From: Gnetum montanum
Taxonomy: Eukaryota; Plantae; Gnetophyta
DNA: 64,000 nucleotides
Assembly: GCA_015680685.1 (NCBI GenBank)
Contig: MNCI01003108.1
Span: 238,241 to 302,240 of the forward strand
Direction: 5' to 3'
The first letter of the stretch is position 1; the number at the start of each line of letters is the position of its first letter. Made by a program: the position numbers and the translations under genes. Positions 52,667 through 64,000 of the stretch are shown here, piece after piece. Under the pieces are notes generated by a model, which worked only from the letters and a program-made list of their open reading frames with translations, ran no database searches and was not told the DNA's origin.

Positions 52667-54722
52667 ATTTTTAACATTCTACAAGGTGCAAGCATCATGG
52701 AAGGCTTGCAAATGATGTCATGGATGTGTGATAGTCTCTTTTGAATTTAAGGATATTATTCATATCTAGTCTCTTAATGTGACTATCCTTTTGATGCCTA
52801 GTTGGAATGTGAAAAGCCTTTCTAATGTTGATTGTACTTTACATAGCCATCAAAGATTTTTCATAGTCATTCGATTTATCATAATCTTTGTCATCACCAT
52901 GATCCCTTCTATGCTCTCTACAATGCCTTCTATCATGTCTATGATCATGATCACTATCTCTATCTTTGTCTTGATCTTCATATTTATCTCAATTTTTGTT
53001 TTTTCCAAGTTGTTTATCATGGTTTCCTTCTCCATCTCTACTAAGTTGCCTATCTTGACCCTTATGTATGGTTCCTATTCCTTGTCTATGTTCATCTTTG
53101 TTAGAGCTTAAGGATGAGGATGATGAAGAGGATGGAGAACAAGGAAATCCATGCAAACTTGATCTTCTTTCTTGATCCTTCTGATTGTCTCTTCTTTGCC
53201 TACTAGAGGTCATCCTTATGTTAACTCTTGTTCTTCCTCTTCTTTGGTTACTTGTCAAGGTAGAGCATAGCCATGGATTGCTTGTTTCTTCAATGTTGAA
53301 TATAGAAGAATTTTGGTGATTGAACCTTCTTGATTGATAATCAATGTCCTCCTTCTTTGATTCAGACATTAATGGAAGGGTAGTGTGCTTACCCTTAGCA
53401 ATTTCATGATAAGCTTCCATCAAATAATCTTATCTAGCTTAGGCTTCTATGGGCTTGTATGATCTAGACATTTCATTAAGCACTTTGTATTCATCTACAA
53501 TAACTTCTAGTCTAATCTTCATTAATGTAGTGATGAGCATTGATGGAGCTACCCTATCAAGTAGCAACATAATGTTACCTTGTAGGTCTTTCCATTGTAG
53601 TTGTTCATCTTACTAGGAAAAAAAGTTAAATTATAAACAATATGAATCCAGATGATGGTAAATAACCTTCACTTAGTAGGGCACATCATTATCATCATTT
53701 CTATGATCCTATCATTACCCCTTGTAATGTTATTAGTGTGTAGAAAATTAAACCTATGAGAAGAAGATATATTAAATTAATGTGTTTGTAACTTATTAAT
53801 ATATGAATATATTCAAAAGATAAATCATTAAGCTTTTAACATCAATAATGTATGATATCAACTAATCTAGAACACTAGCACCCTCCTTAGCAATGACACC
53901 AATGACAAGTAGCTCAATAGATCCTATGCCTAATCATACAATGCATAAGAGCTACAAATCTACAAACAAAGCTATATTGGTGTCTAGATAGTTAATAATT
54001 GATCATGGGTCATTGTTTTTCCACTTGGACTAGTTGTGATTCTAAGCATATGGTTTAGTTGAAGGTGATGCATATGATCATGATATTTTTCAATATATTT
54101 AACTAACAATAGTAAAATAATGAAGTAATTAATCTAACAAGCCATAAAGTACATGTTAATTTAGCCTAAAAACAATGAGCATTCATTATTGATTTGTTGT
54201 ACATATCCTAAACTCACATGATTGCTACTAGGTAATCAAATGTTCACTACTAAGCATACCAAGTGATAACACTACTAGGATTACCAAATGATAACATGTT
54301 TATGCTTGAAATTAGGCGTACTCATCCTCCATATTACTAATACACATAGGAATATAAAGTATTATGTTAAGTACATGGAAAAGTAAAGTACAATGAAAGT
54401 AAATTATAAGAAAGGAAATATTATGCTAGGTTAGAATGATGTAATGAAGGGAATTAATCTTAACATTATTTCCATCATGAATTGTGTTCATATACAGGCT
54501 ACTAATAAGACTTCAAATAATTAACTTATTTCTTGTTAAAGGAACTTATTAACTGCTACTTAAATTCATGAAAATAAACTAATAAAGTCTCTCTATCTAC
54601 TACATTAATGATGCATTGAATGTAGTAGATGATTGTATTTATAAGCATTAATTGTAACTACAACTTTGCATTTGAGATGTCACATCTATGATGTTGCAAC
54701 GCACCAAAAAAACTATTCATCA
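52667..54722 (-). mobile_element. Element E: 5' LTR (53903-54722), PBS (53883-53902) and gag start of another Athila-like element
   Basis: Minus strand LTR TGATGAA...GTCA, then TTGGTGTCATTGCTAAGGAG (decayed Asp PBS); gag with D/R/H-rich repeats and 'HHLQAFHDAC' at ~52700. Confidence 0.8.
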
Positions 54723-55169
54723 TCAGTGTTAGAGAAATTCTTCTAAATTATCATGTTTACTAAATGTCTTAGGATGTATAGTCATTCTTTTGGGTTTTGA
54801 CGTACAACCTCTTTGAAAATGTAGGATATAATTGACATGCTTTAAAAAAGAATTTCAAACTACATTGCCTTTTACAATATGTTGGGGGTGTGTTGAATCC
54901 CTAAAACTAAATATAGTACAAATAAAAAGATTCAGAGTACAAAAGAAAAGCCAAGAAGAAACTTGTACAATAACAAAGAAAGAGAGGAGAAATTTCAAAA
55001 CAATAAGAAAGAAAGGCCCAATGGTTTTTGGGATGCCTTTATAGGTTTTCATTTTTGCAACTAGTCCTAGAAAACCTTCCCTTTATGATAGGAAAAGGAT
55101 CAAACCTTGCCCTTGTTTAGAAGCACCCAAATGAGTTATCAATTCATACTAAAGGCATTCTTTAAATGA

Positions 55170-58100
55170 AAAATATAAAACAAAAAAGAAAAATATTTAG
55201 AAGTTTAGCTAAAGCATCAACTATTGAATAATGTCACCTTGAACTAATAATGGGATAAAATTAGCTAGAGAATCTCTGTGAAAAACCACATTACATTGAG
55301 ACTTCTAGATGACATAAGAATAAGAGGACTAAAGCAACACCAACAATAAGGTAGAAATTCTTGAAGTTGAGCAACGCCACCAAATAAAACTTCATCCAAT
55401 CCTAGTTGAAAACCATATAAATACTTGCTACACCAAGTCCAAGATTATGAGCATGGGGATAAGGAAAAAAATAATAGGTGAACGTATCTTCCATGTTGTA
55501 GATAGAAGATCCAAGGTCATGAACACTCAAATAAGAGTATCAAATACCCATAGGAAAATAGTGAAGAATCAAATACCATAGAAAATGTCTAATTTTTGAA
55601 GAACTAGGGGAATTCCATATCTTCTAAATTGATTACTTCCATACCTAAACATTATGATTAACCTTCCAAAGATAATTGAATCTTGGTCAAATATTAGTAT
55701 TAGAACTAATAAGAATATACATAATCTTAGACTAATATGAAAAGATATGATGGTCATTAATCTAAGAAAAATCAAGCAAACCATTATGAGAATCTTGAAT
55801 AGCTACACTTTTGTTCAAACTAACCAAAGGATAAAAAAAAGTAGACTTTTTAGAAATATTAATACCATAAATACTTTGACACTCATATTAAATAATCCAG
55901 TGATTATTTATGTGAATAGATGAAAAAGGAGGACATGCCAAGCTTATACCATGTGCTACAAAGATGTGGACACTTAATAGCCTATGGTTCATTGTTAATG
56001 GGAAGCCACCAAGAAGAAATCTTATTAAACATAGAGGTAGAAATAGTATTATTGAAGTTCTAAAACTGACTCATAAAACTACAAATATTCCAAATATGCT
56101 TAATGAAAATGGAACCTAAAATAGTAATACCTTTTGGAAAAAGGATCTAATTCAACAAATGAATATCTTTCCAATAATCACTACCTTCAGGTTTACCTAT
56201 ATGAATGCACTTACGAAAAAGAAACTTCCAAGGATCTCTATCAGATAAGCATTTAACCACCCACTTGACACATAAAACAATACCCGACTTATAACAATTT
56301 AGCAATCTTAATCCTTCATCCTCTTTGTGACAAGTACAAATGTTCTAGGCAGCACAACAAAATCTTTTTTTAAAATGGCTACTACTCCAAAGAAAATTTC
56401 TTATAAGCTAATCAATGTGACGATAAGTAAAAAAATTTGGAGCCCAACAAGAAGAATAATACACATGAATATCTTGGATGATATGCTTATAAACAATAAA
56501 TTTACCATCCATTGAAAGCTTCTTCTCCTTCCACTTGATAAGTCTTTTTTCAATTTTCTTCACTATAACATCCCATAAAGTTTTTGAATATTCAACAAAG
56601 AAAAAATGAATGCCTAACAATTTGAAAACATTAGGCTTTTCTTAAAAATGTCAAGATATAGACAAAGCCCATTCTTAAACCTCCTTATTGCAATAGATAA
56701 AAGATTTGAACTAATTAATATGAGAGCCTGAGAGCCTACAATATTGATAAACACGATAAAAAAGATGACCTACAATAGCTTTGTTATTTTTTATCATAAA
56801 AAAAATTCATTTGCCAAATGCATATTCAATAAAGTAGGAACATTATTATGAATGAAGATGCCTTATAGAAAATTCTATTCATGGTCCTTTTGAATAACAC
56901 AATATGAAAAATATACAATAATGATGAAGAGATAAGGAGCAAGAGGGCAACCTTGCCTAACTGAACACTCAAGCTTAAAACTATTAGTAATGCCAACATT
57001 AGTAGTCACAAGTGCATTAGCATTTGCAAAGAGAATTTTCCTCACCCTAATAATATTTTCATTCAAACCATATTTGTGATGATAGATAATAAAAGACTAC
57101 CATTCAATTCTATCATATGATTTAGCATCATCAAGCTTTAGAAAAGTAATCTCTTGATCGAAATCCTCAACCCAATGCATATTGTCTCAAGCCACAATAA
57201 TATTGTCTAGAATATATCTACCTTTGACAAAGCCAATTTGCATTGGGGTAATTAATTCAGGAATAATTGATTTTAATCTTTTAGCAAGATATTTAGTCAA
57301 AATTTTATAAATAGAATTTAGAAGAGTAATAGAATGTCAATTACCAATGTGAGAACTATTATTGATGAGTCCCGAAATCGAACCCTCAATATCGAATCCT
57401 CGATATCGGATACGCGATATCAGAGATGCCGAAGTGATATCGAACATGCAATGTCAAAACCTATCTCATTGCCTATAAATAAGAGACAAGGGCACTTGGT
57501 TTGGCATTAGTTTTTTAGTCCCTTAGTCGAATTCTTACAGTTTTTCTATTCCAGAGTTAGAATTATTTCTGAGTGCCTGCAGTCAGAGTCATAGAGTGAA
57601 TGGATCTTTATTCGAGCATTATGTACCTGAGCATACCTTGTGTCTAGAAATAAAGATGAACTTTTTGATAAACCATGCAACATTCAGAATAGCTTAATTA
57701 TTGCATTTCATTTTATTTGATGCTTTCAATAGTTACTTAATGCTATTTCATAGAATTATTAATTGTCAATTACCAATGAATTAGCACACTCAGCATGACC
57801 ACTTCAAGCATACGTGGAACACTTGGTAACCCAGTAACGACTAGCATTTGGTAATCCCAATAGTGTTACACTAGTTTAGGATGTGTCCAAAAAGTGGGAA
57901 CGGATGCTGGTGTTAGGACTAGTTAGAAGATAGTTAATTAATTAAATCAAATTAGCTATTAAATTACCTCATTTCTCTCTTTTGAGCATCAAGAACATAA
58001 ACATAAAATAATAAGAATCACATACCTCAAGTTTACTTAACCATACAATTATGCCTTACAAGTAAGCTTGGGAAGACAACCATTGCATAACTCATCCTTG

Positions 58101-60760
58101 TTTTGCGTAGGTGCATAAGCACTTAATCCTTGGAGTTCAACTAGATCACACGTGAACACTCGTATTCATATAGTTGGGCGTAGGGGTACCTCACCGCTCA
58201 TCAATTACCTTCCTTGGGAATAAGTCTAATGACTCCTTTATTTAGCTCTTAACTAAGAAAACATTGTTCAATGGCTTTTACAAAAATATAATAAAGGTCC
58301 ATACTAACAACATCCCAATGGTTTTTAAAAAACACAATGGGAATTCCATCAAAACCTAGAGCTTTATCATTGTCCAAGCTAAACATGGCATCTTTAATTT
58401 TAGTAAGATAGATATCTTGAGCAAGAAGATCATTGTGATTGCTATGAACAATATTAGATAAATGATCACAATTAGAGAGAAAATCCTCATGATTACAAGC
58501 CTCTAAGATAAAAATAAATTGAAAATATGTTTCAAGAAAACCATTAACAATATGAGGATCTAAACTAATTTGACCAACAACTTCCATGAAGTCAAGAATA
58601 GGCAAATTACCTTTACCTTTTAAGAATTTAAAAAATTCATTGCATGGTTCTCCCTCAATTTCAACTAATTAATATGACTCTTGGGGAGAGCACTCTTAGC
58701 ATTATGCATATCCCATTTTGTTTGACTGAGAAAACACAAGCAAGTCATTGTTAAAGATTAACATTAAAAGGATCATGATGTAATGTTAATATGTTGAATT
58801 TCATCACAAATTTTTTTCTCAATCTCACTTTATCTTTTGACATATTGCTTACCTAACTAGTGAGCAAAATTATGAACATAACATATAGCACGCAATCACC
58901 AATCAATCTAACCTAATTTATCAAGGGATCTCATTTCTGCATTCCATAAAGATGTCAAAATACCTTTTCCAAAGAAGTAAGATATAAAGATGCATTCATA
59001 TGGAAAAGAGCATAACGTTAAACTGGAGATTTAATACCAAATTCTAAATTAAGAGAAATTAGAAAATAGCTTGAAAGAGTTACATCTTTATGAATAACAA
59101 CCTTTTCATCATAAAATTATGAAGAATAATTAGAAAAATAAAATTAGTTAAGTCTTTTAGAAATTTGATTGTCACCTTTTTGAAGGTTAGACCAAGTAAA
59201 CTAATCATCATGATGAATATTTGAACCAATAGCATCAGATAAACAAAATTAGTCCTTAAAATTACACCAAATGGAGAACTCATGGCTTGCAAGTTGAGAA
59301 GAAACTTCACCAATTTTATCATAAGAATTCTCAGTCATTAAAATCACCTCCAAAAAGGTAAGGAATGTTAGGCAATCTTTGAAAAAGAAATTTTCATACA
59401 ATAGTTCTACCTATAGAAGTAGTAGGAGCATAAATATTACAAATACCAGAAGGACCCAAAGCACCTTGTAGAATAACCCAAACTACAAAGTTATCACTAC
59501 CATGAGAGATAATTTTTTTAGACACAATATTATTGATAATGAAAGATGCACCACCTTGACCAATATTATGATTAGTAAATAATATTGTAGAGTTGTGAAG
59601 AATGCTACTACCTGCCATGACTATATTTGTATTAGAAATGTTAATCTCTTGAAGAAGAATAAAATTGGAAACTAAAAGTCGTGTATGAAGAAAAGCACTG
59701 ACAAATTTTATCCAGAGTCTATTAATAAGACCACGGACATTCCATAAAAAAAGGCCTCACCTTGTCAGTAGAATTAACATTATCAAAAGAAATTATCTCT
59801 ATTTCTTGGCCAATAGTAGTAAATGAATTATTTATAATTAAAAAATCCTGAGCATGATGACCATTCTGAAGATTTGATATATATTTGCCAATAGATAGAC
59901 TATCTGAATGTTTTTTATTATGAAGAACCATTTGAAATCCATCTAAATCAACAATAGGATTCTGTGAAACCTTAATACCATATACTTGTTTCTCTTTAGT
60001 CATTAAAGAATTTTTTAAAATTAAATTTCTTGAAACCTTACATGAAGAAACATTTTTAGTAGGATCCTTAACATTAGTAGAAGAAACTTTAAAACCATTG
60101 GCTATAGCTTATTGCTGACATGCTTACATTGCCTCTTTCTATAGCATAAGAGAACATGCATCAAACATATGACCCTCTCAATGACAATAATGACATGACT
60201 TTGGAAGACTATAATAGAAAAACTTCTGCATGTAATCAATTATGCCAGTATGTAGAAGAATTTCTAGCTTAAGTGAATCAAGATCTAATCATATAACGAG
60301 TCCTACAAAAACCACTAGCTGTAACTAGGGTTTCAAAGTACTTGATCAACCCAATACAAGGGATAGTATCCCTTTCAACATTTTCAAAAATTAAAAGAAG
60401 ATTAAGCAATTCAACAAAATAAGAAACTTTTCAAAATTTAGGAGATGGTAGGTTAAAAGTGGGAGTCCACTTTCGAACAATCAATAAAGCATGATAATGA
60501 TTAAAAATACCAACATTAAGAGCCTTAAAGACCATCATCAAATCAACAAATTCTACTAGCAAGAATGAGTTAGACAAATAGTAAACATGAATAGCATCCA
60601 AAACTTGATCTTTCCAAACCTAATTCAAATGATTAAAAAACTAGATGAATGAGTTAAATAACCAAAAATTTGCCCAAAAAATACCTTCTAGAATTTTCCT
60701 AAGGAATAGATTCATATAAATCATTAAGCAATTTGTAGAATGACAAAGAAGTAGCAGTTT
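55170..60760 (-). mobile_element. L1-clade LINE remnant: ORF1 (DUF4283-like plus CCHC knuckle) and ORF2 (APE endonuclease, RT)
   Basis: ORF1 'LIVRKWTPTFN', 'CHYCH*EGHMFDAC'; ORF2 'ILLQEIN', 'GICNIYAP', 'GGDFN', 'KALGFDGIP..FFKNHWDVV', 'ITLLNSIYKILTK', 'VRQGCPLAPYLF'. Confidence 0.92.
57363..58203 (+). repeat. Solo LTR, family A, inserted in the LINE RT; TSD ATTAT/ATTAC
   Basis: TGATGAG...CTCATCA; flanks 57358-57362 and 58204-58208. Confidence 0.93.
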
Positions 60761-61006
60761 CGTGTGAAGGAACACTTATTGAATCTGGTGGCATTGCACG
60801 TAGTTAAAAAATCACTGCTTTCAACTACCAACAATTTGTGAAGTCTTCGAAATGCTGAAACACCAAAGCAAAAGCTTCACAAATCCTTTGGAAAACCACA
60901 GCAATGTTATCAATCACAGTAGCCAAAACCCTGAAAGTTTAAAACCAAAGTAACGTCATCTATGCAAAATGCTTCAATGCTTCTAAGATTGCAAAAACTA
61001 GAGCTA

Positions 61007-61650
61007 TGATGAATCATGGTTTGTCAAGTGCTGATATCAGATCCTTATTAACTAGGTGCTAATATCAGACCCCTATTTTTAGACCCCTGATGTCTGATGA
61101 GTCCTGATATCAGACCCCCGATATCACACCTGCAATACTGTGTATGCGATATCGCGGCCTAGCAATGTGAGCCTATAAATACACAATGGGGCGCATGAGA
61201 AAGAAGCAGTTTTCAATAGTCAGTTTAGTGTTAGAGTAGCATACCTAGGATCTACGCTTGGCAATCCTAGTAGCATACCTAGGATCTACGCTTGGCAATC
61301 CTAGTAGTAGTCATGCATGAGGTCCAAGATGTGTATGGATGATTAAGGAATGGATGCTCATTACACTTAGGCTAGCTTAGATTCTCTCTCCCTTTTCCTC
61401 CTAGCTTAATTAAAGTTATTTTCCATTGCCTCCAAGAGTAGCACTAGGTTAGAAACCACATCATACACCTCACTCTGGACTAAACCATACGTGACAAAGA
61501 AAATACTAGTCGAGGTGGGAAGACAAAAAACTATGATCAACAAGTAACTATCTAGATATCACAACTAGTCCATCTATGGAGTTTGACTGAATTGTGCGTG
61601 AAACACTCATATTCGTATGGTTGAGTGTAGGGGTACCTCGTCACTCATCA
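61007..61650 (+). repeat. Solo LTR, family A, TSD AGCTA, with internal deletion and a 34-bp tandem duplication (61235-61302)
   Basis: TGATGAA...CTCATCA; AGCTA on both sides; R-region hairpin missing. Confidence 0.93.
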
Positions 61651-61804
61651 AGCTACAACCAAAATGGTTGTAGAAACCACTTAGAACTACCTCAGTCAAT
61701 TTTGAGGTAAATCCCTCAAGGCATAGCACAATGACATCAAGTAAAGAAGAAGAAGTAATCAAATGTAACTGCAAACACAACCACAGCTTGAAACCCTAGC
61801 TATG

Positions 61805-64000
61805 AGATGAGCACCAAGGTACCCCTACACTCAACCATACGAATACGAACGTTTTACGCACAATCCAGTCGAATTCCAAGGACTAAGTGCTTATGCACCC
61901 TTGTGGAACAAGGACACATTGGTTGATCATTGTCTTCCCAAGCTTACCTGTATGTCACAATTGTATGGTTAAGTAAGCTTGAGGCATATGACTTTTATAG
62001 CTTTTATATTTTTATGTCTTGCACTAGTAGGGAAGGAGAGAGGTAACTAAGTGACTAATTTAACTTAACTACTCATTAACTAAGTTCTAACTAATCCTAA
62101 CACCAGCATCCATTCCCACTTGCTGTACACATCCTGAACCAATGCAACACTGCTAGGATTACCAAACGCTAATCGTACTGGGTTACTAAGCGTTACACGC
62201 ATGCTCGAAGTGGTCGTGCTTGTGTAATTTAACGATTTGCTTAATTGATCAACATGAATTGCTGTGCTAATAACAGAAACGTAAAGTGCATAAAATAAAA
62301 TAAAATAAAATAAATGCATAAGAAAATAAAATAAAAGAAATGTGTAAGAAAAAAAATCTCAAGTCCTGCAAGGATGAATCAAAGAGCTCATCTTTATTGC
62401 CATACACAAAGTGTGCTTAGGTACACAATGCTCAAATAAAGATCCATCCACACTTAGACCTCTTACTGGATGCACTTGGAAAATACTCTAACTTTCAAAC
62501 AGACTATAAGAGTTTCGCTACTTGACTGCTAAAAGACTTCTTTTCAATTGTGTACCTGGGCACTGTATTTATAGGCTTAGGAGCAGCTACTCTAATAATT
62601 AGAGTAACCGCTCTAATAATTAGAATAACTACTAAAGTAACCACTAGAGTAACCACTCTAATAATTAAAGTAACTACTAGAGTAACTGCTCTCATCATAC
62701 CCCCACGACTGAATAAAAATGTGTCCTTGAGTTCCTTACAAAATATTGGGAAGGTATGGGATTATTGACTAATTGACAACTGACAGTGGAATGGGATGAT
62801 GGACTCAACATGCCCAGTGAATGAATCAATAAGCATATTACAACATTAGTGTTCATGACCACTGTGGTGAACACTCATACATAAATGACATCTAAGCCTT
62901 TATTTAGCAGCTTGAAGAGAAAAAGAGAGAGAGAGAGAAGATGGAGCGTGTTGCCACCAATGCTGAGATTGCACCTTCCATTGTTTATCCATAGCCATGC
63001 CACCAAACTTGCTCCTTTCGTAAATGCTCTAGTTTTGGTCCATCATAAGTGCTTCTTCCAAGCCTAGTCCATTATTTGTATGATCGCCATATGCACAGAC
63101 AACATAGTCACAAATGAGCAAGGATAGATAATCAACAATGTAGTTGATACCTTGCGCTGATATGAAGTGCATTGGCTGAGTTATGGTTATGGAAGAGACT
63201 AGTTCGAAGATTTATCACTGGCAACTACCCAAGGTGTAGGGGTTAGGCAATTAGTAAAATGGAAAAAATTGAAAAACTTGTGTATTTCATGGTTAAGATA
63301 ACTTAGAAGAATTCATCCCAAATCCAAACTCAAACCAACCACATTCAGTGACCTCACATCAATACACTTGGCCAATCCATCCTCTTGAGGCAACAAGAAT
63401 GCTTCCACAAAGAGTGACCACCATCCCAAGGAGAGTGAGATGGAGAAGTAGGAAGTGACAAAGGGCCTTAATTAGAGAGAACCTTCAGGCATGCGTAACA
63501 TGTCTTTCCAGTGCCATAACTAGCACTTGTAGCCCATATTACTTTATTATGTCTAAGGGGTGTGCTTTGAATTCTCACCTTTTTCTCTCTCTTTTTTATG
63601 TTTATGCATGAGAACCACACCATGCAAATACTTATTTTTATTCACTCAGCTTCCTAATATTTGAACAATGTCAAAATGGCAGAAAACCCAAGAAAAAGCA
63701 TCCAAACGCCCAAGAGAATGGCCAGCACCAATGCATTGAATCCCCTTAAAGTCACACCCTTTTCATCCTTTGAGTCTTTCCTTGGTTTGAAAAATACCCA
63801 GCCACCAATTCATTAACAAGTTTACTTAGAAAAAGGGGACTGTACAGTTCCAAGCCAAAGGAGACCATAGGGTTGTATGGATAAGTGGACGATGTGGACT
63901 CATTGCCTGTTTTACCAAAAAAACCATACCTTAATATTAGCATCATAATTCAAAGGTAAAAACCAAACATTAGCAATCAATATGATTCAATCCACTATCA
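61805..64000 (-). mobile_element. Element F: 3' LTR (61805-62697), PPT (62698-62712) and 3' internal region of a family A element
   Basis: Minus strand reads TTTTATTCAGTCGTGGGGGTA-TGATGAG, matching element A's PPT/LTR junction; R/U5 homologous to 5479-6271. Confidence 0.85.

Noticed and set aside
52779-53111. Hydrophobic membrane-protein-like ORFs (also 33019-33294 and 62504-62768)
   Set aside because: They are antisense translations of purine-rich gag repeats or of U3 tandem repeats.
61094-61125. CTGATGAGTC as a hammerhead ribozyme core (retrozyme); also TGATGAGTCCCGAAA at 57363
   Set aside because: No correctly placed stem II plus GAAA or cleavage triplet; these are LTR terminus and U3 repeat sequences.

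Overview
Heterochromatic land-plant nuclear DNA: essentially all 64 kb is nested retrotransposon sequence, with heavy C>T/G>A decay and three N gaps (1958-2162, ~4054-4204, ~39406-40286). No intact host gene is present. The backbone is a family of Ty3/gypsy Athila-like elements with TGATGAG...CTCATCA LTRs and tRNA-Asp-type PBSs. Host element D (~5.2-52.7 kb) carries element B (7.76-22.5 kb, no RT/RH/IN) and element C (25331-46871, TSD AACTT). C contains a non-autonomous SIRE-type Copia, an 8.2-kb internal inversion, and a 3.2-kb TG..CA insertion with a captured cyclophilin fragment. Also present: 3' ends of elements A and F, the 5' end of element E, several solo LTRs with TSDs, and an L1-type LINE. 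Most notable points: (1) four elements carry a ~900-aa 3' accessory gene (plant-transposon-protein-like domain plus coiled coil) that looks like a separate transcription unit, with a promoter built from the LTR U3 palindrome, a 5'-UTR intron and a second PPT-like tract; (2) the LTR R region holds a ~110-nt hairpin, covarying between subfamilies, that pairs the AATAAA signal; (3) a cyclophilin fragment sits inside an LTR-like element. All alignments were done by eye.
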